From Nitrosopumilus sp. (GTDB taxonomy: Archaea > Thermoproteota > Nitrososphaeria > Nitrososphaerales > Nitrosopumilaceae): a stretch of 64,000 nt of DNA. Shown one piece after another: positions 11,088-20,948 of this stretch (the first letter of the stretch is position 1; each line of letters starts with the position of its first letter). The stretch is from the NCBI GenBank assembly GCA_965223425.1, contig OZ245003.1, forward strand, positions 672,001-736,000. The letters run 5' to 3'. A program made the position numbers and the translations under genes. The notes under the pieces are model-generated. The model searched no databases. It was not told where the DNA came from and saw only the letters and a program-made list of their open reading frames with translations.

Positions 11088-12510
11088 AGGTAGCGTAACT
11101 ACTATTATTCGAAAAATTGTTTTCAGAGTAGAACCATATCTTCCCCAAGTACCAAAACCAAAAAAGAAAATCCCTCTTCAAACACGACTATTGTGGTGTG
11201 GGGTTGCATTACTCATCTACATGGTTATGGGTCAGACTCCTTTGTTTGGAGCAACTACACCGGAATTTGATTTTCTGGCATTTGCTAGAGTTATTTTTGC
11301 ATCGCAGCAAGGTACCCTTGTTGAGCTAGGAATTGGACCGATAGTTACATCTGGACTCTTGATGCAATTATTGAGAGGTTCAGATATTCTCAAATTTGAT
11401 TTCAAAAAACCTGAGGAAAGAGGAATATTTCAGACAGCAACTAAATTGGTAACGTATGTTGTCATTGTAGCTGAATCTATTGTGTATGGTGTCGCAGTTT
11501 ATGGTCCGAGTGTTTCTGATCCAAACATTTTGTATATTATGGTGGGTCAGCTGATGGCCGCATCAATAATTATCATGTTCCTAGATGAATTGATTCAGAA
11601 AGGTTGGGGTGTAGGTAGTGGAATTAGCTTATTCATTATGGCAGGTGTTGCCCAACAGATTCTCTGGAGCTTGTTTAGCCCGTTACCTGCAGGTGATGGA
11701 GGAACAATCGGCATTATACCATATATCGGTCAATCCATGCTGAATGGTGACGTTTCAAACATCCTGTTCCGTTCAAATCAACTCCCGAGCATCTTTGGAT
11801 TGTGTCTTACTGCAGGAATACTGTTGATACTTGTATTTACACAAGGTATGAAAATTGAGATTCCTATCGTCTCAACAAAATACAGAGGTTTCTCTGCTGT
11901 TTATCCCATCAAAATGATGTATGTCTCTAACATTCCTGTAATCTTGGCCTCTGCTCTTACTGCAAACGCAGTTTTCGTCTTCCAAATGTTGTGGGCAAAC
12001 ATGAACCCGCGTAACAATAATTTCTTTATGAATTTTATAGCGCAGTTTGACCCGACAAGTCCTTCTACTCCTATAGGTGGCATGATCTATTACATCACTC
12101 CTCCAAGAGGTCTAGACGTTGTAGCTTTAGATCCCATGCGTGCTGTAGGATATGTTTTATTCATGATTGGAATCGTAGTTGTGTTTGGTAAACTATGGGT
12201 AGAGCTTGGAGGCTTGTCGCCAAAGAGTGCGGCTCAGAACTTGCTTGATGCCGACGTTCAAATCCCTGGATTTAGAAGATCAAACAAGCCCGTTGAAGCA
12301 CTACTAAACAAGTACATTCCGTCAGTAACCATTATTGGCTCTATGATTTTGGGTCTGTTGGCTGGCGTATCTGATGTTCTTGGTGTATTTGGCTCTGGAA
12401 TAGGAGTTTTACTCATGGTAGATATTCTCATAAACTATTATACGCAGCTAGTCCGAGAACAAGTAGAAGTCGTTATGCCGCGTTTGGGTGCTTTGCTTGG
12501 TCGAAAATAA
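11080..12510 (+). CDS. secY: Preprotein translocase subunit SecY
   Basis: GTLVELGIGPIVT, LDELIQKGWGVGSGISLFI, YVSNIPVI, IPGFR. Confidence 0.97.
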   Translation: MAEGSVTTIIRKIVFRVEPYLPQVPKPKKKIPLQTRLLWCGVALLIYMVMGQTPLFGATTPEFDFLAFARVIFASQQGTLVELGIGPIVTSGLLMQLLRGSDILKFDFKKPEERGIFQTATKLVTYVVIVAESIVYGVAVYGPSVSDPNILYIMVGQLMAASIIIMFLDELIQKGWGVGSGISLFIMAGVAQQILWSLFSPLPAGDGGTIGIIPYIGQSMLNGDVSNILFRSNQLPSIFGLCLTAGILLILVFTQGMKIEIPIVSTKYRGFSAVYPIKMMYVSNIPVILASALTANAVFVFQMLWANMNPRNNNFFMNFIAQFDPTSPSTPIGGMIYYITPPRGLDVVALDPMRAVGYVLFMIGIVVVFGKLWVELGGLSPKSAAQNLLDADVQIPGFRRSNKPVEALLNKYIPSVTIIGSMILGLLAGVSDVLGVFGSGIGVLLMVDILINYYTQLVREQVEVVMPRLGALLGRK

Positions 12511-13075
12511 GAAAGTTGTGATGGTAGGGATACCAGGTGTTGGGAAAACCACTTTGCTAAAAAAAATAGTTGAAATCATAAAAAACCGTGATAAGAGCGT
12601 TAGAGTGATTGGTTTTGGAACTCTGATGTTTGATGTTGCTAAGAAAAATGATCTTAGCAATAGAGATGAACTTAGAAAGCTACCTGTAGTTGAACAACAA
12701 AACCTTCAAAAAATCGCTGCAGAACAAATTGCTGAACATACTGAGCAAGTTGTAATTGTTGATACTCATGCATTTATCAATTCTCCAGAGGGATACTATC
12801 CCGGTTTACCAGAACATGTTTTAAAAATTATAAAACCTACAAATTTTGTTTCTGTTTCTGCAAAACCTGAAGAAATCTACAACAGAAGAATGAAAGATGA
12901 CACCCGAAATAGAGATAAAATTACTCTTGCTAACATTAAGAAAGAATTAGACATTCAATCCGGCATGATCTCAGCATGTGCAGTGATTTCTGGCTCTCCA
13001 GTTAAACACGTGCTGAATGGTGAGGGAAAGATTGATGAGGCAACAGATAAAATAGTCAACGCTATAGGACTGTAA
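12497..13075 (+). CDS. adk: Adenylate kinase (archaeal)
   Basis: GIPGVGKTT, RDELRKL, DTHA...GYYPGLP; follows secY. Confidence 0.92.
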   Translation: MVENKKVVMVGIPGVGKTTLLKKIVEIIKNRDKSVRVIGFGTLMFDVAKKNDLSNRDELRKLPVVEQQNLQKIAAEQIAEHTEQVVIVDTHAFINSPEGYYPGLPEHVLKIIKPTNFVSVSAKPEEIYNRRMKDDTRNRDKITLANIKKELDIQSGMISACAVISGSPVKHVLNGEGKIDEATDKIVNAIGL

Positions 13076-13078
13076 AAC

Positions 13079-13699
13079 ATGGATTTCAACTTTATTTTAT
13101 TATTCATCGAATCAATTCCCCTTCAATTTGATTTCTTTGGAGGAGAAAGAGGCGCACTTGGAAGCGATGACCCAATAATCAAAGGTTTGATTCTTTCACT
13201 GTTTGCCGTATCTGGATTTGGAGTCTTGCTCAATATTTTCAATGCTGCAGTTAGAAAGAAAATGGTTGATCAAACAAAACTAACACGAATTATGAAAGAA
13301 ACACGTGCATGGCAAAAAGAGAGAATGTCTGCCATGAGATCTAAAGATCAAGCAAAAATTAATGAGCTGGGCAAAAAATCATCCTACATGAACAAAATGT
13401 CTATGGAAATGATGCAGATGAATATGAGACCTATGATGATTACTTTTGTACCATTGATTTTGATATTTTATCTTGTGTTGCCACAATTATTTTCTTACAC
13501 TGTAGCCTTGTCTCCAATCCCATTAAACGTAATTCCCGGGGAATTCTTCCAATTAACATGTACCGCAGAACAAGCAGCCGATGCAGATCATGTTTGTACA
13601 GAAGAAAATGCAATATACCTCTGGGCCTGGTATTTCCTATCTTCTATTGCTTTTAGTGGAATTATCATGAAACTAACAAAAACAACAATGGGCACTTGA
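13079..13699 (+). CDS. EMC3/TMCO1 (DUF106) family membrane protein
   Basis: TM helix, Met-rich coil, MRPMMITFVP, WYFLSS; conserved position between adk and cmk. Confidence 0.85.
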   Translation: MDFNFILLFIESIPLQFDFFGGERGALGSDDPIIKGLILSLFAVSGFGVLLNIFNAAVRKKMVDQTKLTRIMKETRAWQKERMSAMRSKDQAKINELGKKSSYMNKMSMEMMQMNMRPMMITFVPLILIFYLVLPQLFSYTVALSPIPLNVIPGEFFQLTCTAEQAADADHVCTEENAIYLWAWYFLSSIAFSGIIMKLTKTTMGT

Positions 13700-14256
13700 C
13701 CAAATCCATTGTTATTTCTGGTCCTCCTGCAGTAGGAAAAACAACTGTTGCTAAAGGATTAGCAGAAGAGTTTCAGTTAAAATATCTTAGTGGAGGCGAT
13801 GTACTGAAACAAATGGCAAAAGAACAAGGCTTTGATTCTGATGGCGATGATTGGTGGGATACTGAGGATGGAATGAAGTTTCTTAGTCAACGTGAACAAA
13901 ATTCTGAATTTGACAAAAAATTAGATGAAAGGCTGACTGAATTGTTCAATCAGGGTGGAATGGTTATCACAAGCTACACTTTGCCATGGCTGGTCAAAGA
14001 CGGCATCAAAATTTGGTTGGAAGGATCCCATACAAGCAGCACTGAAAGAATGCAATCTAGGGATAATATGAGTCCTGAAGAAGCCTATGAGATTACCAAA
14101 GAACGGTTTGATAAGAACAAAGCGTTATACAAAAAATTGTACAACTTTGATTTTGGTGATGACAAGTCTGTATTTGATTTGATAGTCAATACTGATAATC
14201 TTGCCGCACAACAAGTAATCGATGTTACAAAAGAAACGGTGAGAAAACTACTGTGA
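13696..14256 (+). CDS. cmk: Cytidylate kinase (archaeal)
   Basis: ISGPPAVGKTTVAK P-loop; RMQSRD; gene order. Confidence 0.88.
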   Translation: MTKSIVISGPPAVGKTTVAKGLAEEFQLKYLSGGDVLKQMAKEQGFDSDGDDWWDTEDGMKFLSQREQNSEFDKKLDERLTELFNQGGMVITSYTLPWLVKDGIKIWLEGSHTSSTERMQSRDNMSPEEAYEITKERFDKNKALYKKLYNFDFGDDKSVFDLIVNTDNLAAQQVIDVTKETVRKLL

Positions 14257-15254
14257 CTCTCAAACAACTTGAAAATCTCATTGAAATTGATCAGGATGTT
14301 ACAGATGATACTTTTGGAACATATTATGATAAAAGAACAGTTGAACAACTACTAAGTTATGGAATTATCTTATTGGACAAACCGCCTGGTCCTACCAGCC
14401 ATGAAACTGTAGCTTGGACAAAACGTATTTTGAAACTTCCAAAGATTGGTCATAGTGGAACACTTGATCCTCAGGTTTCGGGAGTTTTGCCATTGGGTCT
14501 TGGAGAAGCCACGAAAGCATTGGGAGTTTTACTTTTTGGTCCAAAAGAATACCATGCTTTAGGACGAGTTCATTCACTTCCATCTAAAGAAAAATTGGAA
14601 CAAACAATTGATTTGTTTAGGGGGGAGATTTTCCAAAAACCCCCTCAACGCTCAGCTGTTGTAAGACAGACTAGAACAAGAACCATCTATGAGTTTGAAG
14701 TTTTAGAACAAAAGGAACGGCTACTACTAACTCGAGTTTTGTGCGAAGCTGGAACCTATATTAGAAAATTATATTATGATTTGGGAGAAATCCTTGGACC
14801 TGGCGCTACAATGATAGAACTAAGGCGAACCAGAGTGGATCAATTTTATGAAACTGATGGCCTGGTGACTCTTCACGAACTTGCAAATGCATTTGCAGTA
14901 TGGGAAGAAAAAAAAGATGACAGTAAACTAATGAAGATTATCAAACCTGTTGAGTATGCATTAAGCGAATTAAAATCCGTAATAATCCGTGATTCGGCAG
15001 TAGATGCCATGTGTCATGGTGCACAATTAGCAATTCCTGGCATTTTACAAATTTCTCCAAATCTAAAGAAAGGAGATGTTGTTGGAATTTATACGCAGAA
15101 AGGAGAAGCGGTTGCTTTAGCTGAGTCAAAAATGTCCGAAGAAGAAATTCGTGATGCAACTAAGGGCTATGCATTTGAAACAAAAAGAATCATCATGGCT
15201 CCAAACACCTATCCAAAAAAATGGAGAACAAAACCTACTCCACCAAAGGATTAA
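14253..15254 (+). CDS. cbf5: H/ACA pseudouridine synthase Cbf5
   Basis: LDKPPGPTSH, GHSGTLDP, CEAGTYIRK, PUA domain. Confidence 0.95.
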   Translation: MTLKQLENLIEIDQDVTDDTFGTYYDKRTVEQLLSYGIILLDKPPGPTSHETVAWTKRILKLPKIGHSGTLDPQVSGVLPLGLGEATKALGVLLFGPKEYHALGRVHSLPSKEKLEQTIDLFRGEIFQKPPQRSAVVRQTRTRTIYEFEVLEQKERLLLTRVLCEAGTYIRKLYYDLGEILGPGATMIELRRTRVDQFYETDGLVTLHELANAFAVWEEKKDDSKLMKIIKPVEYALSELKSVIIRDSAVDAMCHGAQLAIPGILQISPNLKKGDVVGIYTQKGEAVALAESKMSEEEIRDATKGYAFETKRIIMAPNTYPKKWRTKPTPPKD

Positions 15255-15280
15255 AAAATCAAGAAACCATCTTAAAAGAA

Positions 15281-15727
15281 TTGTTAGCAAAAAGTCTTGT
15301 AATTTTCATTGGCGTTGGTTTGATTTCAGGCCTTGCCTTTGGTGTTTATTTAATTGATGTAAAAACAACGAATCAATTGATCTTCGTTGATGGACTTTCA
15401 ATTTCTATAGTTACAGAAAAATTTGATTTTAAACAAGGTGAAGAGATAAAAATCCGAATTGTAAATTCTGGAACTTCCCCATTGATTTTTCCTGATACAT
15501 CATACGGCCTTAAAATTACTGGTCTGTCTGGAATATTGATTTACTCCCCAACTGCAGCACAAGTAATTTCTCATCTTGAACCTAACGATGAGATAGCATT
15601 CTCATGGGATCAAGTAAAAAATGATGGTGATGCGGCATTGGAGGGTCTCTACAAAATATCTGCAAAAGGTGCAGACAAACTAGGAAATTCCGTAGAAAGA
15701 TCAACTACTGTGACAATTTGGAAGTAG
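15281..15727 (+). CDS. Hypothetical membrane-anchored protein with Ig-like domain
   Basis: N-terminal TM helix then beta-rich domain (FSWDQ...GLYKI); start uncertain. Confidence 0.6.
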   Translation: MLAKSLVIFIGVGLISGLAFGVYLIDVKTTNQLIFVDGLSISIVTEKFDFKQGEEIKIRIVNSGTSPLIFPDTSYGLKITGLSGILIYSPTAAQVISHLEPNDEIAFSWDQVKNDGDAALEGLYKISAKGADKLGNSVERSTTVTIWK

Positions 15728-15750
15728 TTTTTCAATTTTCAAGTAACATG

Positions 15751-15758
15751 ATATATAA
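15751..15758 (+). promoter_or_regulatory. Probable TATA box of the tRNA gene
   Basis: ATATATAA about 37-44 nt upstream of the mature tRNA 5' end. Confidence 0.45.
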
Positions 15759-15794
15759 TGAAATCTCGCCGAATAATTTTGTCGTAAGACTCGT

Positions 15795-15895
15795 GCCGGG
15801 GTCGCCTAGCCTGGTAGGGCGCGCGCCTGGAAATAGTTTACCATAAAGCGCGTTCTCGCAAGGGAACGGGAGTTCAAATCTCCCTCCCGGCGCCA
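15795..15895 (+). tRNA. tRNA-Ser(GGA) with a 14-nt intron at position 37/38 (15833-15846) and encoded CCA
   Basis: Acceptor GCCGGGG/TCCCGGC, discriminator G, anticodon stem CGCGC/GCGCG around CT-GGA-A, long variable arm, T-arm GGGAG-TTCAAAT-CTCCC. Confidence 0.92.
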
Positions 15896-15954
15896 TTCTT
15901 GTTTTTCACGTCTTGCCTTTTTGTGCCTTTTATACAAACGGAGTTTTGGATAAT

Positions 15955-16195
15955 ATGGCAGATATTCACAAAGCAAAACAAAGAGCAGAATGGTTCAAAG
16001 CAAGTATAACTGAGAGATTTTCCGAATCCGATGCTGCAAGTCTGAAAATTTTTAACTAGACTCAGACTGGAAAACAAATCCTGTGGCAGAATAGCGAATT
16101 ATGCAGATGCAATAATTAGAATTCTAAAGATCAAAGATGATAAATCCATTCAAAACTGGTCACGAAATGACCTTGAAATCATCCATCAAGTATAG
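15955..16195 (+). pseudogene. Frameshifted, truncated fragment resembling the N-terminus of an archaeal tyrosine integrase
   Basis: MADIHKAKQR... then a frameshift to FLTRLRLENKSCGRIANYADAIIRILK...; starts 60 nt after the tRNA. Confidence 0.4.
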
Positions 16196-16396
16196 TGCCA
16201 ACTAAAAGTTTCTTACCGCTAAACAAAATTTAGCCGTCATGTCTTTGGATCACCGCGAAGGCAGAGACATTATAACTCCCCATAATTTCTTTGCAAATCA
16301 TGTATGGAGCCTAGAATCTAAAAGAATTCTTACAAAATCATGAAACGAAAAAAAGATCGATTCAAAGGAATCCAAATTATGTTCGAGTCCTTAGTT

Positions 16397-17137
16397 TCAA
16401 ACAAAGTATTTCTCTATATCTTCATACCTCATACTCAAATCTTCTAAAATCTTTGGGTAATCTGTCTTGTATTTTACAAGAAATTTTTCTATATATTGCT
16501 GCACGTTTGTTTCTACTAGAAACTGCTTCAACAGATGCTTATCCAAATCTTCTAATGAAATCAATATTGCTATATCGTGATAATCCTTCCAAATTTTAGA
16601 TGGGATTTTTCCATCCCCTGTTTTATCAAATTTAGATGCTCGTTCTAATGATGCTATTACCTTCAAAAGTATTAGTAATTCACGCCTAGGAACGTATAAT
16701 GAAAACCCTCCGATTTGCTTTAATTCTTGATATTCAATTACTTTTCCCCAATGGAATTTAATCCCAAATCCCTCTTCATCTTCTTTTGAAAATTTCCCAA
16801 TAAACACATCAACAATGACTTCTTCTGATCTTCCTTTACCATCCTCGATATCTTTTACATAGTACTTGGGATTGAAGTGTTTGTCTTTTTTTACATAATA
16901 TCCATTAGCAGGAAAATACTCTGTTAGCAATATATCGTTTAGATCCTTATCTGTTGGCATTACAACATCTATATCTCTTGAGCCTAGTGCTTGTTTGTAT
17001 GCATAAACTGCCCATCCTCCGATTATTATGGGGTATATGCCTTTTTTCTCATTCATCCATTTCAGAAATTTCTTTAATTCATCAAAACTTACATCTGTAA
17101 ATTCTTTATCATAATCATCATAACTCATTGATGCCAT
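16397..17137 (-). CDS. AbiEii-like nucleotidyltransferase (type IV TA toxin)
   Basis: IIIGGWAVYAY...GSRDIDVV Pol-beta-like NTase motif; LLK...KDYHDI C-terminal motif; overlaps the upstream antitoxin gene. Confidence 0.72.
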   Translation of the reverse strand: MASMSYDDYDKEFTDVSFDELKKFLKWMNEKKGIYPIIIGGWAVYAYKQALGSRDIDVVMPTDKDLNDILLTEYFPANGYYVKKDKHFNPKYYVKDIEDGKGRSEEVIVDVFIGKFSKEDEEGFGIKFHWGKVIEYQELKQIGGFSLYVPRRELLILLKVIASLERASKFDKTGDGKIPSKIWKDYHDIAILISLEDLDKHLLKQFLVETNVQQYIEKFLVKYKTDYPKILEDLSMRYEDIEKYFV

Positions 17138-17721
17138 ATCCGTGAAATTAGACGTTCTGCCAAGTATGCCATATTATTACAATAAAGATCCATGATTGTT
17201 CTAGTTGGTGAGGTGATACGAATATCATTTTCTTTTCTAGAGTCATCTGGGTACTTGTACCAGTATAGATGCACTTTTACTTCTCCTTCTGAGGATTGTA
17301 CCTCTTCTAATAATGACGGATCTTCTACATATGCATGTAATTCCGGATCTCTTGAATAATTATCATAGAATCCTAATGCACTAGTCAGGCACATTATTGC
17401 CCCATTTTTACTTAGATGTTTTATTGTAAAATCTGGATCAGGACCTACGGTGTAAGTACCTATCTTCTCATTCTGCATGTCTCTAAATCGATTATAGAAA
17501 GTCAATAATGCTTGTCTGGATGGTACTTGATAGATTGCTCCTCCTTTTGGATCTATTGTTTTTCTAACAAATTTGAAATTTTCAAGCCATCTTACAAAAT
17601 TGCTGATTCTTGCCCCATGTTTGATATCGATATCTCTTGACATCTTCCTTTGTGTAAATTCAGGATTTTCTAGCATGTATCTTAGTTGCATGTTTTCTTC
17701 TTTTGTTTTGAATTCTGTCAT
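17125..17721 (-). CDS. AbiEi-like antitoxin (wHTH plus C-terminal domain)
   Basis: N-terminal HTH (FTQRKMSRDI...ISNFVRWLE); LTSAL; RITSPTRTIMDLY motif typical of the AbiEi C-terminal domain. Confidence 0.7.
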   Translation of the reverse strand: MTEFKTKEENMQLRYMLENPEFTQRKMSRDIDIKHGARISNFVRWLENFKFVRKTIDPKGGAIYQVPSRQALLTFYNRFRDMQNEKIGTYTVGPDPDFTIKHLSKNGAIMCLTSALGFYDNYSRDPELHAYVEDPSLLEEVQSSEGEVKVHLYWYKYPDDSRKENDIRITSPTRTIMDLYCNNMAYLAERLISRIWHQ

Positions 17722-17739
17722 CCTTGATCATACTCCAGT

Positions 17740-17778
17740 CAGATCAGAGATCTTAACGTACACAGATCACTGATCTTA
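17740..17778. promoter_or_regulatory. Two tandem palindromic boxes AGATC-N3-GATCT, putative antitoxin operator
   Basis: CAGATCAGAGATCTTA (17740) and CAGATCACTGATCTTA (17763), about 20 nt upstream of the antitoxin start. Confidence 0.55.
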
Positions 17779-17830
17779 CTATACCTTGATTATGGATGTA
17801 TAATGATAAAAACATATCTCTTCTGGGTTC

Positions 17831-19292
17831 GTAAGAGGCTAGGTTAGTCACGAACTCAAACATTCTAGATCATACTGATCCAAATTCGATGATCCCTGAC
17901 TCTGTCTAATGAGTGACTCGGAGATCAAGATATTACGGGATGCTCTGGCAAAATCATTTGCTGAAAACGACAGCTTGCGAAAGATTGTCAGCCAGTTGGC
18001 AGGCGATGTAAAAAAATTACAGGCAAGGGAAGCCGAGAAGGATTTGACAATAGCGGAACTAGAGAGGCGCGTAGCGTTCTACGAGAATCCGCACTCACCG
18101 CCGTCGGCAAACTCCATTCCCACGCGCCGAAAAAAGGCAGACCGTGCAAAAGGCGGTTCCTCCTCCTCCTCCTCCCCTCCAAACAAGGGCGGAGCAAGGG
18201 CAGGCCACGTCGGCGCATCCCACAAGAGAAGGCCTTGTCACACAACGGTGCACAGGCCAAAGAAATGCGCAAAGTGCGGCAGCAAAGGCATTACAGTTAC
18301 AAAGACCACGACAAAGATGACAGTCGACATTCCGGAGATTCCAAGAACCGTATCCACAAACAACGTCATACAGCACTGCACCTGCAGGTGCGGACATGTC
18401 ACAACGCCCCAGGTCGGAATAGACGGAACATCGATTGGCAAGAACCTCATGACAATAACCATGTCGATGTATAAACAAGGCTGCAGCCTGAACTCAATCA
18501 GGGAGGCAGCAAGCCTGTATGACACGTCAATCTGCAAAAAAACAATACAAAACGCGCTGTTTGCATTAGGAGGAGCGTTAGAGTCAGAGGTAGAGTCATG
18601 GAAAGAAAATATTGGCAGATCAAAATACCTGAAACTTGATGAGACGTCATATACAATATACGACAAACTGGGATATGTCTGGGTATGCATCGGTGATGAT
18701 GCGGTACTGATTCATGTGGACAGAAGCAGGGCCGCTGCCGTACTGGATCTTCACTTTCCTCACTGGGATATTCCCGTGACAGTCGACGGTTATGCGGCAT
18801 ACAACAGTTTCAGAACAATTCAACGGTGCTGGTCACACATACTGTGTGATGCCGAATTTGAACAGGATGATGGTGATGATGATGAACCAAAAACCATGCT
18901 GTATGAGAAACTGCGTTTGCTATACCACGATGCAAAGCAGGTTGCGCTGCGGCCTGACGCGCACACGCATTATGACTCGTTTGTGATCTCCTGCACGGCA
19001 ATTGCGGATTCGTACAAGGGTTGTCCGGACTGCAAGTTCGGAGACAAGCTGGAAAAGGCCACACCAAACCTGTTTACGTTTCTAAAGCATCCCGGAATGG
19101 ATCCCACAAACAACGAATCAGAAAGGATGCTTCGCCGGGTCGTCATATCGCGCAAGATTAGACAGCGTCTTGTCACCGAAGCAGGCATGAAGGTATTTGG
19201 CATACTTGTGAGCTGCTTGCTGACATGGCAGAAAAGGGGAACCAGCATTCAAGAAGAGATACTGAAACTGTACTAGAGACCTAGCCTCTTAC
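17831..19292 (+). mobile_element. IS66-family (single-ORF, ISBst12-like) insertion sequence
   Basis: Perfect 14-bp terminal inverted repeats GTAAGAGGCTAGGT (17831-17844 / 19279-19292); no 8-bp TSD visible. Confidence 0.9.
17909..19276 (+). CDS. IS66 transposase, apparently intact
   Basis: Coiled coil, PPS, CxxC zinc finger, LDET, VDGYAAY, QRCWSH, PTNNESERMLR. Confidence 0.92.
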   Translation: MSDSEIKILRDALAKSFAENDSLRKIVSQLAGDVKKLQAREAEKDLTIAELERRVAFYENPHSPPSANSIPTRRKKADRAKGGSSSSSSPPNKGGARAGHVGASHKRRPCHTTVHRPKKCAKCGSKGITVTKTTTKMTVDIPEIPRTVSTNNVIQHCTCRCGHVTTPQVGIDGTSIGKNLMTITMSMYKQGCSLNSIREAASLYDTSICKKTIQNALFALGGALESEVESWKENIGRSKYLKLDETSYTIYDKLGYVWVCIGDDAVLIHVDRSRAAAVLDLHFPHWDIPVTVDGYAAYNSFRTIQRCWSHILCDAEFEQDDGDDDEPKTMLYEKLRLLYHDAKQVALRPDAHTHYDSFVISCTAIADSYKGCPDCKFGDKLEKATPNLFTFLKHPGMDPTNNESERMLRRVVISRKIRQRLVTEAGMKVFGILVSCLLTWQKRGTSIQEEILKLY

Positions 19293-19357
19293 TTTTGACG
19301 TGTTGCTTAATCAAATTTCACATCTGGGAAAGAATACTGTTTTTTTAAATTTAAATC

Positions 19358-19576
19358 ATGATCAAGTTCGATAAACCAATCCAGACCAAGTCTGGCATGG
19401 ATGTAAGCATGATATGGAATGAACTACAACAATGTTGGATATCTTATAAAAAAGCCAAATTTGATCGTGATTATCTTAATGCACATAATTATGCATTACA
19501 AATTCAAAAATTACAGGATGATATTGGCCTACAACAAGCTAAGTTTCCTGAGTTAGAAAAATCTATCATCAGATAA
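19358..19576 (+). CDS. Small hypothetical protein (72 aa)
   Basis: ATG-started ORF with host-like AT-rich codon use. Confidence 0.5.
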   Translation: MIKFDKPIQTKSGMDVSMIWNELQQCWISYKKAKFDRDYLNAHNYALQIQKLQDDIGLQQAKFPELEKSIIR

Positions 19577-19624
19577 TAATGAATAATATAAGATTAAGAA
19601 AAATTCTGATCTAATTACTCTTGT

Positions 19625-19823
19625 ATTTTTTCAAATGATTTTTTCAAATGATTTTTTCAAATGATTTTTTCAAATGATTTTTTCAAATGATTTTTTCAAA
19701 TGATTTTTTCAAATGATTTTTTCAAATGATTTTTTCAAATGATTTTTTCAAATGATTTTTTCAAATGATTTTTTCAAATGATTTTTTCAAATGATTTTTT
19801 CAAATGATTTTTTCAAATGATTT
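19625..19823. repeat. Non-coding perfect 13-bp tandem repeat ATTTTTTCAAATG x15
   Basis: Read directly; no spacers between units. Confidence 0.97.
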
Positions 19824-19855
19824 CTGCATTCCATTTTATCCAGCAGGAAATTTTT

Positions 19856-20948
19856 GTATGAGTTCACCTGCCCCTTATATCAGTCTGGCAACCTCTTGCG
19901 CCACGCTCTTGCCGTGATTCTGCCACGTCAGGACGCAGCTTACAAAATCTCCAAGGCGCTTCATGGACTTGCTGCCGCCCTTGGTCTGCCCGCTTATCTT
20001 CCGGAACACCACCATATAGCGCAGCGCCCTCTCTGATGCGTTGTTAGTCGGCTCCACACCGGCGTACTGGACAAACGTAAACAGGTGCGGAAGGTGCCGG
20101 TACATCATCATGACAAGCTTGTGCAGGTCTGCATCACCATCATCATCATCATCATCATCCGTGCCGCAGTACCGGTCAAGAACGTCTGCCAGGGTGTCCT
20201 CCATGACGTGCCGCTGCCTCCGCGAGTGCGCCCCCAGCCGTGCGACGTGTTTTGCCTCCTTGAACACAAACCGCAGGTCCTCGAGGTACTGCCGCCGTTT
20301 TTTCCGCCTGCCGTCATCTGGGAGCGGATCGTATTTTTCTGCCAGGGTTTTTGCCCTGCGTATGTCGTGCGACCAGCACAGCTGGTGTCTGTCCTCTGCA
20401 TTGAACCTGTCATACCCCCTGTATGCGTCAGTTACCGCTATGCCGTCATAGTCCATCGAATCAAGCATCAGGGTGGCCCTGCTTGGGCTGATCTGTATTG
20501 AGATGTTGTTTCCCGGACTGGGCCACGTTTGTCTGCTTTTTGGTGCCGCAGTCGCGATGCATGGTCTCGTCAAACCCGGCGCTTTCTGATTTGGCCACGT
20601 TCTTTGCTATCTCAGATGCCTGGCCTTCCAGCGCGTCTGCGGTGCGTGCCATGATGCTGTTTGCAGTGGAGGCAGACATGCTGACTCTGGCAACAGAGTG
20701 TATGATGCGCGGTATGACCTTGAGCGGGACGCGGGCAGCGCGCAGCTCAGAGACGAACCCTACCATCTTCTTGCCGTACGATCCGAGTCTTGGCAGGTCG
20801 CCGTTTGGCGCCTCTCCTCTGTATGGCCGCATGACGTGCAGACTGCAGTCTCTATGCGGTGGCGGGTCTCGTGTGCGGTGACCTCCATCTCGATAATGTC
20901 CCGTACGCGGGGGTCGCCCAAAACCATGGCCTTGCCGCATCTGCATCT
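19856..20948 (-). pseudogene. Second, unrelated IS66 transposase, frameshifted and 5'-truncated
   Basis: CRCG/CTSCG zinc finger, GFDETMH, VTDAYRGY, HQLCWSH, EPTNNASERALR spread over at least 3 frames; possible end GTATGAGTTCACC at 19856. Confidence 0.85.

Noticed and set aside
19625-19823. 13-bp array as a CRISPR (reverse strand contains TTTGAAA)
   Set aside because: Units are head-to-tail with no spacers and too short; no cas genes
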